Made by a program: the position numbers and the translations under genes | The notes under the pieces: generated by a model | Database searches by the model: none | The model's input: only the letters and a program-made list of their open reading frames with translations | Told to the model about the DNA's origin: nothing | In this document: one piece after another, positions 25,864 through 37,088 of the stretch | Layout of the letters: every line of letters begins with the position of its first letter | Position numbering within the stretch: position 1 is the stretch's first letter | Assembly (NCBI GenBank): GCA_965113315.1 | Contig: OZ220371.1 | From: Podarcis vaucheri | Taxonomy: Eukaryota | Reading direction: 5' to 3' (one strand) | DNA: 64,000 nt

Positions 25864-26775
25864 GGCTCCCCCAACGTCGGGCTGCGCTGCACTGAGGAGG
25901 ATGGACGCCGGTAGAGGTTAAGAATCGCAGGCAAAGAGGCGGGAGGAGGAGGAGGAGGAGACACACACGCGCGCGCTCTCTCTCTCTCTCTCCCTCACAC
26001 ACAACTCCGGCGCTTGCGCTCCCGCCCTTCGCGGACAAGTTCGGGTCGGCGGCGACCCAGAGGTGGGCGCGCAAGCCACCAGGCGAAGCGCAAGGGCGAA
26101 GAGGAGCAGGGAGCGCGCCGCAGGCTCCTCTTCCTCCTCGGCGCCGAGGTCGCTCCCGAGCCCGATCCTGTGGCGGAGGCGAGCGCGGAATCGAAGCCCC
26201 CTCAGCAGCTCCCTCCTGGCGCAGCTCAGGAGCCGGGTGGGAGGGGGAAGGGGCGGGGACGCGCGCCGCCTCCTCTTCGCGCCAGGCGCCCGGAGACAGT
26301 GGCGCTTCGCGGCGGCTGCACCTGAGGGGAGAGGTGAGCGGCGGCGGCGGCGGCAAGGGGGCAGCTGCCGCCGCCGCCGCCAAGGGGCGAGGCGGCGCCG
26401 GGGGATGGCGGAGGCGGGGAAGCCAGGTGCTGGGCGCCGGGCCCTCAGGTTTCCCTTCTCCCCAAGCACTTTTCTTCGGGAGCAAGGTCAATAGAGCTGC
26501 TGGCTCGCCGTTCACGCGCGCCCACCGCCGCGAGCGCTCAAGGGCGGACGCCGACTTCCCTCAGAAAGTGCGCTTTCCGCGAGGCGCTGCGCGCAACTCC
26601 CCTTAGGGCGAAGTTTCTCAGGTTTAAACAAGTGTGTATGCCAGGTTTCCAGCCCTTATGAAGGAATATCACTGCCTCCCTCCTGCCATTTTTATGTATT
26701 GTGTGCTTTTTTAAAAAACCCAACTTCGCAGCTGACGCTGAGTACCTCGACGCCGACCCGCGAGTTCTTCTCGCC
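25199..26775 (-). other. SLIT2: Predicted long 5' UTR of SLIT2 (~1.6 kb) with four upstream ATGs
   Basis: Lies between the TATA-predicted TSS and the start codon; uATGs at 26689, 25769, 25726, 25575. TSS is inferred, not observed. Confidence 0.55.
25828..25861. repeat. (CA)n microsatellite in 5' UTR
   Basis: Direct reading. Confidence 0.95.
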
Positions 26776-26801
26776 ACAGAAAGTCCGTCGCCCCGCGCGC
26801 C

Positions 26802-26884
26802 CTTTTATACAGCCCTCGAGCCGCGCCTTCCTTGGCCACGCCCCTGTGTCCACAAGGGTCCCTGCTGATTGGCGGTACTATTGG
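26802..26884 (-). promoter_or_regulatory. Predicted SLIT2 core promoter: CCAAT boxes, GC/KLF box, TATA box; TSS near 26775
   Basis: Minus strand in canonical order: CCAAT 26884-26880, GCCAATCAG around 26872-26868, GGGGCGTGGCC 26844-26834, TATAAAAG 26809-26802. Confidence 0.7.
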
Positions 26885-27143
26885 GGAGGGGGGGAGCCAG
26901 GCTGACAAGAGAGGCGCACGGGAAGGGGAAGGGGAGCTGAACTTGCCAGAGAGTGGCAGCATGTGTGACTTTGCAGAGAATTCTCAATTGTCTCCAAACG
27001 GTGGGAGAAAGGAAGTGGACAGACTTGAAATCTTCTCACTGGACCTCATAATTTAAGGTTACCAGATTTTTTTCAAAGAATCTGGAGACACTTTTTTATT
27101 TTTGGAAAAGAGAAAAAAATGGTTATTTAAAAAAGTTTTTTTA

Positions 27144-27502
27144 AATAATAATAATAATAATAATTTATTATTTATACCCCGCCCATCTGGCTGGGCCTCC
27201 CCAGCCACTCTGGGCGGCTTCCATAAAAACCAAAAATACAATAAAATATCACACGTTAAAAACTTCCCTGAACAGGGCTGCCTTAAGATGTCTCCTGAAT
27301 GTCAGGTAGTTGTTTATCACTTTGACATCTGCTGGAAGGGCGTTCCACAGGGCGGGCGCCACTACCGAGAAGGCCCTCTGCCTGGTTCCCTGTAGCTTTG
27401 CTTCTTGCAATGAGGGAACCGCCAGAAGGCCCTCGGCGCTGGACCTCAGCGTCCGGGCAGAATGATGGGGGTGGAGACGCTCCTTTAGGTATACTGGACC
27501 GA
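27144..27502 (-). mobile_element. L2 LINE 3' fragment nested in the hAT
   Basis: (TAA)n tail, GGGCGGGGTATAAATAA end, GAGGGCCTTCTCGGTAGTGGCGCCC motif shared with the 61577 copy. Confidence 0.88.
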
Positions 27503-27519
27503 AGCAGCAGCAATACAGT

Positions 27520-27728
27520 CATGCACTCTGCGGAAACCTGGAAGTAACAGAGTGCATTACTTCCGGGTTTCGCCACTCGTGCATGCGCAGACGCTCAAAT
27601 TGACGTCATGCGCGAAAGCGGCGAAATGCGACCCATGCACACGAAGACATACCATCGCATCTTGCATTCTGTTCAGGATGTGAACAGCACTCCGGAACGG
27701 ATCCCGTTCGCATCCTGAGGTACCATTG
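27520..27728. mobile_element. Tc1/mariner element arm nested in the hAT
   Basis: Ends GAGGTACCATTG|TA; homologous to 1988-2155 in reverse complement. Confidence 0.72.
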
Positions 27729-29155
27729 TATCTTCTCTTCTGTGGTCTCTATTGCGCTGCCTTCCTCTGGGCCCCAGCCTGCTCTTTTGGAGCGCTAGCT
27801 GCCATGGAGTAGGCTCGGGTTGGGACTGGGATCAGCCATGTGTCCTTGCCCTCCCGGTGCTCTCCTACCTCTCCTCCTCAGCAGCAGCAGTGCAGCAAGG
27901 GCGGGACTTGCCTCTTTTTTCTTCTTCTTCTTCCTCTTCCTCTCTCTTCCTTCTCCTTCTCCTTCTCTCCTCCTCCCTGTGTCAGCTCTGGGGTTTTCCT
28001 GGCCCACGAGTGCCGCTGGGCAGTCGATCAGGAGGCCAGGTGCTCTTGCTCCCGGTTCGAATTGGGTCAATGGGGGGGTCATCAGTTCCCCCAGTTGATG
28101 TGGCAGGCGCCCCCGGTTCTCCTTTGGTAGTGGCGGTGGCAGCGGCAGTCTCAGCAACCCAGAGCCAGCCTGGTAGCGCAGTTGGGTCTGGCTGGCTTCA
28201 GGAGCTGCTCGCTGCCATGGCGCCCGCCATTTTGCCTCGCCGGACATCCCCATATGATGTGTCTTGTGCCATTGAGCCAATCACGCAACATTCATTCCCT
28301 ACTAATAAATCTACAACACTTAAAATATAAATCCGGGGTCATTAAATGAAATCTGGGGACATTTCAGGGACGGATTTTGTCCGGGGACAGATTTGTAAAT
28401 CTGGGAACTGTCCCCGGGAAACGGGGACGTCTGGTAACCATATCATAATTGCATGTGTGTACTTTGGCTTCACCACAGATGATTTTTTTTTTAAAAAAAT
28501 TACACATTTTAACAAAAATAAGAATTCCCTATCTAGGTTTTAGAATTAAAGCTGAATTTTGTGTGTGTGCGCATTCAATAACCCCAAGATTCATAAAGAG
28601 CATATTCTTAAATAAGACATATCTGCTGATCGATAGGGTGAATGTGGACTGTACTACATCCTAATGCATTTTTCATTACGGCTACAACAGAGTGTCAGGC
28701 CTGAATACATGGCAATCTTTTAAAGCCTAGAGGCTCAAGCACTACTGAGACTGAGGATGCCGGATCATAGATTTTGACCAGCATTTACATTTACAGAGAT
28801 TTAACTGAAGCATCATGAAAAAGTAATGACAGCACCTCCCACAACATCAATACATTGATTCTGAAAAATCTTAATTGTATTTTTATATGTGGACATCTAA
28901 ACATTGACAGCCACTTCACTCTGTCATTCCACCCTTATAGTTATTGCTCTGGATTTTATCTGAGACAATACAAATAAAAAATGTTACACATAGCTTTCCA
29001 TATCCCACAAAAATCATACACCCAGCATCAGTACTGGACAAGTATCCAGTCCAAATTTTGACCTGCACTATACTATATTTTTAATTGATCATGGGAGACA
29101 GATGAGTTCTTTAACCCATATGCTTAATGGGTTAGATCAGGGCACATGTCTAGAG

Positions 29156-29294
29156 CAGGCATAGGCAAACTCAGCCCTCCAGATGTTTTGGGACTACAAC
29201 TCCCATGATCCCTAGCTAACAGGACCAGTGGTCAGGGATGATGATGGGAATTATAGTCCCAAAACATCTGGAGGGCTGAGTTTGCCTATGCCTG
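29156..29294. mobile_element. hAT (Charlie-like) palindromic MITE
   Basis: Long TIR CAGGCATAGGCAAACTCAGCCCTCCAGATGTTTTGGGACTA; TSD GTCTAGAG/CTCTAGAG. Confidence 0.92.
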
Positions 29295-29464
29295 CTCTAG
29301 AGTCAGTAGATCCACTGACTTTTGATTTCATAAATATATATTATTTTTCACTACATTTCTATTTGCTGCCACTCACCCAAGAAGGAAAAGACATGTGGTG
29401 GTGGTGGCAGGTAACTCCCTATGGAGGGAGACAGAGGTAGCAGTGTGTGGAGGAATGATCCATG

Positions 29465-30357
29465 GTTTCAGTTGTCTCTATACTAATGCATAGAGTATGG
29501 GAAACAAGTAAAGAGAACTTGAGCACTTATTACTGGGTGACAAATATGACCTAAGGCATTTCTCAAATGTGGTGGGATGAGACTCATGCTCAATAGAAAT
29601 GGATCAAACAGGAATGGAGGAGGAGTAGCATTATATGTCAAGTGTGTGTACACTTTTAAAGAGATCCATGACTTAGAGCATGGAAGGCAGATTCCGAATA
29701 TATGGGTAAAAATTGTAAGAGAAGGAAACAGCAGTGACCCTAATGTGGACCCTAAAATTGTAAGAGAAGGAAACAGCAGTGACCCACTTGACTGCTATAG
29801 ACATCCAACCCAATCTGAAGATGTAGGTGGTGCCTTTATTGAGCAGATTACTGTAGCTCCCCTTTTTGAATGTTTGGTTGTCATGGGAGACTTAACTACC
29901 CCCAATATCTCTTGGAACTCAAACTCTGTCATGAATGTAAGGTCCAAAAATTCCACAAGTGCTTCACAGAAAATTTCATTTCCCAGAAGGTTGAAGAAGC
30001 AACAAGGGGCTCATCTCTCTTGGAGCTGGTCCTCACTAAAAGATCCTCACCAACTGATCACCAAGTGAAAGTTCAGGGAACCTTTGGAGGAAGTGATCAT
30101 GTGCTCCTGGGTTTCATGATACCAAGGCAAAGGGAAGCTGAGTGTAGTCAGACATGCACTCCACTCGGGACATTAAGAAGGCATGTTTCAAAAAGCTTAA
30201 GTAGAACAGACTCCCACAAGAGGTGGTAGACTTTCTCTCCTTGGAGGTTTTTAAGCAGAGGTTGGATGGCCACCTGTCATGGATACATTAGTTGGCATTA
30301 GGGGTTGGATTAGATGACCCTCAGTATTTCTTCTGTCTCTACAATTCTAGGATTCTG
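29465..30357 (+). mobile_element. Decayed CR1 LINE: endonuclease region joined directly to 3' end
   Basis: CLYTNA.SMGNK, RNGGGVALYVK, VVMGD, GGSDHVLL motifs, then TTGGAGGTTTTTAAGCAGAGGTTGGATGGCCA and an ATTCT tail. Confidence 0.82.
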
Positions 30358-30429
30358 TGGCACTAGAGGAGCTATATCTATGAAGTTTAATGTGAAAAAA
30401 ATTGGTAGTTTGCACCAAAATCCTTAATA

Positions 30430-30603
30430 GAAACTTAGGAAGTTGGCAGATAGCAACCATTGGTCCAACTAGTATTATAGACAACAACTGGCAAAGGCTC
30501 TCTAATGTTTTAGGGAGGAGTCCTTCCCAGCCCTGCCTGTAGATACCAGAAATTAAATCTGGAACCTTTTGTACACAAAGCTACATGCTAAAGCCTTTCC
30601 CCA
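30430..30603 (-). mobile_element. Old tRNA/CR1-tailed SINE (Squam2-like), decayed
   Basis: ACCATTGGTCCA..CTAG, CTTCCCAGCCCT.CCTG.AGAT.CCAG motifs; a related decayed copy lies near 44690-44815 (+). Confidence 0.55.
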
Positions 30604-30639
30604 TATAGTACATTCTACTGCTTTTGTAAATATCTCTCT

Positions 30640-30945
30640 AAAGGTAAAGGACCCCTGACTGTTAAGTCCAGTTGCAAACGACTCTGGGGTTGAGGCACTC
30701 ATCTCGCTTTATTGGCCGAGTGAGACGACGTTTGTCCACAGACAGTTTTCCCGGGTCATGTGGCCAGCATGATTAAGCTGCTTCTGGCGAACCAGAGCAG
30801 CGCACATAAACGCCATTTACCTTCCCGCCGGAGTGGTACCTATTTATCTACTTGCACTTTGAGGTGCTTTCGAACTGCTAGGTTGGCAGGAACTGAGCAA
30901 CGGGAGCTCATCCTGTCATGGGGATTCAAACTGCTGACCTTCCAA
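30640..30945 (-). mobile_element. Sauria SINE lacking extreme 5' head
   Basis: AAAGGTAAAGGACCCCTGAC tail and conserved core. Confidence 0.9.
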
Positions 30946-31726
30946 TGAATCAGAAGCCACAACCTTACATAATTTATGAAACTGACAAACAGTTATTCCA
31001 TATTGTAAATGGTCTAATCCAAGGTTGTTTCAAGGTGGCTCTCACCATTTTGGTTTTGTCCTTTCTCCTCTTTTGTTTGCCCCACAAGGCACTGTGTTTT
31101 TTTGAGAGTCTGCATCATGTTTGATTTTGGAAATTGTGCTGAAGGAACCTTTCATAATTCTTCTTTGTAACAAAAATGTTTTAATCCTACAGAGCATGTA
31201 CTTAGAAGCTCATTAGGAAGATACAAGCTAAATTTCTCTCCTCTCTTCAGCTTCCACCAAAATTTATTAACCAATGTCCCAATCTTAAAACGTCATCAGG
31301 ATCATATTGTTGGTATTATCAACCCATCATTTCCAGGGGCGGCATTTCTGTAGCCACTCATTGATTCCAACGTGTGCAGCATACTTATGAATGAGATTAT
31401 AACATTGTTGATGTCACTTAACATTTCTGACAACAGAAAGGAGAAGAAAAGTAATTTTTCTTTAGCTCTTGACTCTGTTTGGAAGGGGATGTCACACTTG
31501 GTCATTAGTGCTTGAAGGAAAGGGACACTAAGGACCTAACTTAATTATTATTGTAAAGAGAAGAATGTAAAGAATCTTATGAATTTGTGGGCTCATGGCA
31601 CAAACAATTCAGTGTGGAAATTGGGATCCTCAGAATATCTAGGGATAATTTGGGGAAGATGGGATAACATCCAAATGGGTTTCTATTATTTTTATTATCG
31701 ATTAAATTTATGGTACAGTAGTCATC

Positions 31727-32349
31727 ACCTCCTGGCAACAGAAGGGGAAGAAATGGAGGCAGTGAGAGATTTTACTTTCTTGGGCTCCATGATCACTGCA
31801 GATGGTGACAGCAGTCACAAAATTAAAAGACACCTTCTTGGGAGAAAAGCGATGACAAACCTAGACAGCATCTTTAAAAGCAGAGACATCACCTTGCCAA
31901 CAAAGATCTGTATAGTTAAAGCTATGGTTTTCCCAGTTGTGATGTATGGAAGTGAGAGCTGGACCATAAAGAAGACTGGTCGCTGAAGAACTGATATTTT
32001 TGAATTATGGTGCTGGAGGAGACTCTTGAGAGTCCCATGGACTGCATGAAGATCAAACCTATCCATTCTTAATGAAATCAACCCTGAGTGCTCACTGGAA
32101 GGACAGATCCTGAAGCTGAGGCTCCAATACTTTGGCCACCTTATGAGAAGAGAAGACTCCCTGGAAAAGACCTTGATGCTGGGAAAGATGGAGGGCACAA
32201 GGAGAAGGGGACGACAGAGGACGAGATGGTTGGACAGTGTTCTCGAAACTACTAACATGAGTTTGACCAAACTGTGAAAGATAGGACTGCCTGGCATGCT
32301 CTGGTCCATTGAGTCATGAAGAGTCAGACGCGACTAAATGATTAAACAA
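31727..32349 (+). mobile_element. BovB (RTE) LINE 3' fragment, pseudogenised
   Basis: DFTFLGSMITADGDSS...KAMVFPVVMYGSESWTIKK RT C-terminal motif; AGTCATC TSD. Confidence 0.93.
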
Positions 32350-33347
32350 AGTCATCTGATGGATCTTTGCACAATTTTTGGTCCCAAAATACTGCCACTC
32401 TGCTACAATAAGGATGTCTGATCCAAGTCCAGGAAATTCCAGTGTCACAAGTGTACTATTCAGGTTGCTTCCATTTGCAAAAAAGGGTAACACATATGAA
32501 AGATGTAAGCAAGTAGAAGCATGTGCATCAAAGCCAGAAACTTTTATGTGGGCCATTGCACTCAAGTTCATTTTTCTTTCTTAATTAGCTATTTGTATTA
32601 AATAACATATCTGTAGCACAGGGAGTGACCTCAGAACTGGAACTTACTCTACCTTTAATCTCTGGTGGGTGGTGGGGGATAAGATAAACTTAGCTGATTA
32701 ATCACTGTCCTCTCTGTTAAACAGGTTTTTGTAATGCTTCATTACTCGCTTGACGAATGACGGCATACCCACCTTTCAGCTATTTGAAGAAAGCAGAGAA
32801 AAAGTTTGGCTGTCTTGAATTGGGAGAGGGAGGGAGTTGCGAGTTTGCAGAAGCTGAATCATATTGGGGTGTAGGGCTGTCTCTTGCAGTCTAGTGTAGG
32901 GGGTGGCAGATTTGTTGGCTTTTGCAGGAGTATTTATTGACTTTAGCATGTCTTGCTAATGCATCTGTAAATAAAACAAATATTGCAGAAACACCCTAAG
33001 TCAGTACTCTGCACTGAAAGAAAAAGAAGCCCCATAAAGTTACCTACAGACTTCTTGCCATAGGTAAATGATGTCAATCGGTCATATTCTATAACAGCAG
33101 ACTTCTGCCTGTACAATAGAACTTTCATTCCATCTTTTCTTCAGTTCCCTCTACACACACACACTTTCAAAATATCCAGAGAGTTGGAGGACCCTCTGGA
33201 GAATATTTTGAGGATGCATAGGAAGAGAAAGTGGAAGTCCGAGGGCTCAAACAGAACTCTTTGTGTGCAACACTGTCATTGCTTTCACAAAAAAAACTAC
33301 AGATTCAAGTTTTGATCAATAGCAGAACATTCACGCATGCAAGGACA

Positions 33348-33440
33348 ATGTCTTGTGACACCTTAAAGCCTTAACAAATTTATTACTGCATAAACTTTCA
33401 TAAAATAGAGTCAGCATAATCAGATGCAAGAAGTGTAATG
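33348..33440 (-). mobile_element. Highly decayed Penelope-like pLTR remnant
   Basis: GACACCTTAAAG..TAACAAATTTATT..GCATAA.CTTTC..ATCAGATGCA mirrors the 2255-2330 layout. Confidence 0.5.
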
Positions 33441-33824
33441 TTCACCAGAACATTTCATCATCATAGAGCAAGGAAGTTGTTTGAAAATAGGCAAGAGCCA
33501 CCTCTGAAACAGGATTTGCCAGTGATTTGCTCACATGACACAACATAGGTGACAACTGCCTTTCAGCTTTAGTATTGCAGAATACAATTTTTTTAGTTTG
33601 CTTCTCTTTTCTGCTAGTAGCTTTTCTTTTCTACAGTAATGGAAAGGAAGAAAATCGCAAGAGGTTTCCATAATGCCTTGTACGCCAAAGTTCCCTTGCT
33701 TAATTTAGAAATTATTATTTCAGTTACTGATAAGGAAAATAGTCTAGATAATCCTTTGAAGTTTTATCGTACGGAATTTATGCAAGATCCCCCCCATCCT
33801 ACACATGTGCTGTGCAGTCAGCTT

Positions 33825-33911
33825 CATAGCTGTCATTTCCCTTTATTTAAGGGAAATTCCCTTATTCCGAATAGGATTCCTCACAAGAAAAGGGAAAGGT
33901 TGACAGCTATG
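33825..33911. mobile_element. 87-bp hAT MITE
   Basis: TIR CATAGCTGTCA; perfect 8-bp TSD GTCAGCTT. Confidence 0.9.
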
Positions 33912-34409
33912 GTCAGCTTCTACAGTGTTTACTGTCTTCTTAGAGAGGGAGGACCTTTGCTCAGTCTTGCTGTCTCATCAGGTTGCTTCCTCCCTGTCAA
34001 TATTCCACCCTAACTTGAAGAATTTTTCATCCCAGAAGGCCTTTGTCCTAACCTGGCCAATACCCGAATTTGCTTTTCCATTTCCTGTATTTTTATACTG
34101 CAATTGATTTGTCGCAGTAGTATCCTTTTTAGGGTTTTTGTCTGAGGGTTGGTATCCAGTTGATGCCCCTCTGAAGAGATAAAAAGTGATGACTTCCACC
34201 TAGGAACACCGATGAAGGCACACTCCGCTATTCCAAAGAGCCCCCTAGTGCTCTGGAGCAGTTTGGAGTGGTGAGGGGAGAAGCTGTCAAAAATTCCCTC
34301 CATCTTGCTATAGAAGCCTTCACTGGATGAGCAGAGGAAAACCGACTGGAATGTTTTAAACTTTAAAGCTTCATTGCATTACATTTTAATATGGAAAGGC
34401 AGGATATGT

Positions 34410-34410
<1 letters not shown>

Positions 34411-34441
<31 letters not shown>
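34411..34441. repeat. (CA)n microsatellite
   Basis: Direct reading. Confidence 0.95.
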
Positions 34442-34443
<2 letters not shown>

Positions 34444-34787
34444 ATGCTGGGGCTCCCTGTTTCTTCTCCAATAAGTAAATTTTCCATTAAAAAAAAGAGC
34501 ACTGTTATTCTCGTTCTGTGAACTGATTAGATCTTTTATTGAGAGACATCCTTAGTGTCTCCAACAGGCTTCCACTAATAGGACAAATCCTTCAAGCAAA
34601 TAAAACAGAGCAGATAGCTGCGCAGACTTCCTGTTCTGCATGGTGGTGGTGACTATGAGTGTAACTATCTTTGGTCGAAGGTGGAAGAGATGAAACATTC
34701 ACAGGAGGGAGAAACCAATGTTAACAGGGTTTAAAAGTCCACTTCCTAATCCTTAACCCTTCAATACACAGAGTGTTTAAAGTTTAG

Positions 34788-35426
34788 TTTTTGTTGTTGT
34801 TTAGTCATTTAGTTGTGTCTGACTCTTCGTGACCCCATGGACCAGAGCACACCAGGCACTCCTGTCTTCCACTGCCTCCCGCAGTTTGGTCAAACTCATG
34901 CTGGTAGCTTCGAGAACACTGTCCAACCATCTCGTCCTCTGTCGTCCCCTTCTCCTTGTGCCCTCAGTCTTTCCCAACATCAGGGTCTTTTCCAGGGAGT
35001 CTTCTCTTCTCATGAGGTGGCCAAAATATTGGAGCCTCAGCTTCAGGATCTGTCCTCCCAGTGAGCACTCGAGGCTGATTTCCTTCAGAATGGAGAGGTT
35101 TGATCTTCTTGCAGTCCATGGGACTCTCAAGAGTCTCCTCCATCACCATCATTCAAAAGCATCAATTCTTCGGCGATCAGCCTTCTTTATGGTCCAGCTC
35201 TCACTTCCATACATCACTACTGAGAAAACCATAGCTTTAACTATATGGACCTTTGTCAGCAAGGTGATGTCTCTGCTTTTTAAGATGCTGTCTAGGTTTG
35301 TCATCGCTTTTCTCCCAAGAAGCAGGCATCTTTTAATTTTGTGACTGCTGTCACCATCTGCAGTGATCATGGAGCAGGAACCAGCAAGCTACTCCAGTAT
35401 CCCTGCCAAGAAAACGCCATGGACAA
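34788..35426 (-). mobile_element. BovB LINE 3' fragment with short inverted 5' piece
   Basis: ORFs MITADGDSSH.. and MRVPWTARRSN..; (CAA)n tail; 9-bp TSD AAAGTTTAG (34779, 35427). Confidence 0.92.
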
Positions 35427-35629
35427 AAAGTTTAGATTAGCACACTATAAATAAAATTATTGTTATTATTGTTATTATTGTTATTATTATTATTGTATTG
35501 AATGCTAATAGTGAAAGAGTTTCTGAAAGTTTCCTTGCACCTTTCAGAATGAAGATAACTGCACGTAGGACTAGTGGATATTTCCTAATGTAGCCTGCTC
35601 CGTTGTCTAGTGGTTGGGAATGTTATTGT

Positions 35630-35982
35630 AAAAAGGTAAAGGGACCCCTGAACATTAGGTCCAGTCGTGACCGACTCTGGGGTTGCAGCGCTAATCTCGC
35701 TTTATTGGCTGAGGGAGCCGACGTATAGTTTCCGGGTCATGTGGCCAGCATGATTAAGCCGCTTCTGGTGAACCAGAGCAGTGCACAGAAATGACCTTTA
35801 CCTTCCCGCTGGAGCAGTACCTATTTATCTACTTGCACTTTGACGTGCTTTCGAACTGCTAGGTTGGCAGGAGCAGGGACCGAGCAACGGGAGCTCACCC
35901 TGTCAAGGGGATTCGAAACACCGACCTTCTGATCGGCAAGTCCTAGGCTCTGTGGTTTAACCCACAACATCACCCACGTCCC
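35630..35982 (-). mobile_element. Sauria SINE, full length
   Basis: Head and tail present; TSD TGGGAATGTTAT. Confidence 0.93.
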
Positions 35983-37088
35983 TGGGAATGTTATGGGGAC
36001 TTTTTATTCTAGAAATCCATACTCACAGTTCATCAGTCTCACAAAATCCCCTGAAATATGGCATTTCGTGTGTGTATCTCCTACTGACCAAAGAAGGTCC
36101 AAAGCAAGAGGAAGCTACTGTGCATAAGGAATTGCTTGTAATTATAACCACAGAATAAACCATCTGTTCTATATTCACAATTAGGTGCATTTTTTAAAAA
36201 AATACTATAAAGTAGAGGTGGGGAATCTGTAGTGCTCTGGATGTGGGCAGACTGCAAAATCCTTCACTCCTAACTATTGGCTGTTCTGGTTGCTGGGTGA
36301 TGGAAGTTGAGTCCAACCCAATCTGTAGGGCCACCCATTCCCCATCCCTGCTGTCATGACTAGCCAGATAAGGCAGGGAGAGCCATTCTTCACCCACCAG
36401 GGGATCCAATTTGGCCCATGAGGCCATTTCCTCGTAATCATGCCTATGAGTCAATCAGCTGATGCCATGCCACTGGATAGGTGACGTCAGCAGATGGGCA
36501 GGGTTCAATTCTGCACTGGCCGTGCCCACAGGGAACTGGTTTATGCCACCAAAGCATCAAGACTTAACTCTCCACTCATTAGGTGATGAGCGGGGTGTGA
36601 GTGCTGAATCTTCCTCTGACCTCTTTGTTTTTCAGCTGATGAGCAGAGACTTCACACCTGCTTGGTGTTGCTTTGCCAGCGCAGTCCCTGTGGGCAATGT
36701 GTTCATGAAGGAGACCCCCTTCCCCTCCCCCACCCCCATGCGTCAACATTGGCTGGTGCGTAGAACCTGGTGTCATTATGACCAATGATGGGTCAAAGTT
36801 GGCTGGTAGTAGGAGATAACAATCTGGCCCATGAGGCCAAAAGTGTTCTGCAGCTCTGATCTAAAGTGAGACTAGTCAAGTTGACTATACCTTACTTGCC
36901 TCCATAATGACCGCTCCCCGCTTAAAACGGGGGGCGCCCTTTGCGTGGGCGCGTGCAGTCCCTAGATCTGGAGCAGCCCCAACAGCATAGGCTTGGCTTT
37001 GCCTTCCCTCAGGTGTGATACCTGGAGGTCTCCCATAAATGGAGGTCATCCATAAAAGGATGTTTTTGTTGTCTTCTTTGTTTAATTT

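Larger units (their letters stand above)
24950..26950. promoter_or_regulatory. CpG island over SLIT2 promoter, 5' UTR and exon 1
   Basis: Very GC- and CpG-rich ~2 kb block against an AT-rich, CpG-poor background. Confidence 0.92.
27054..28442. mobile_element. Compound non-autonomous hAT element immediately upstream of SLIT2 promoter
   Basis: TIR TAAGGTTACCAGA / TCTGGTAACCATA; perfect 8-bp TSD TCATAATT (27046-27053, 28443-28450); GGGGAC subterminal repeats. Confidence 0.85.

Noticed and set aside
24825-26606. Long ORFs on both strands in the CpG island (335 aa +, 304 aa -, 183 aa -)
   Set aside because: Low-complexity Ala/Arg/Pro/Gly translations, expected from stop-poor GC-rich DNA and microsatellites; no recognisable domains.
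27752-28330. 192-aa and 161-aa ORFs upstream of SLIT2 as a divergent gene
   Set aside because: They lie in the low-complexity GC-rich interior of the hAT element; no domain or splice support.
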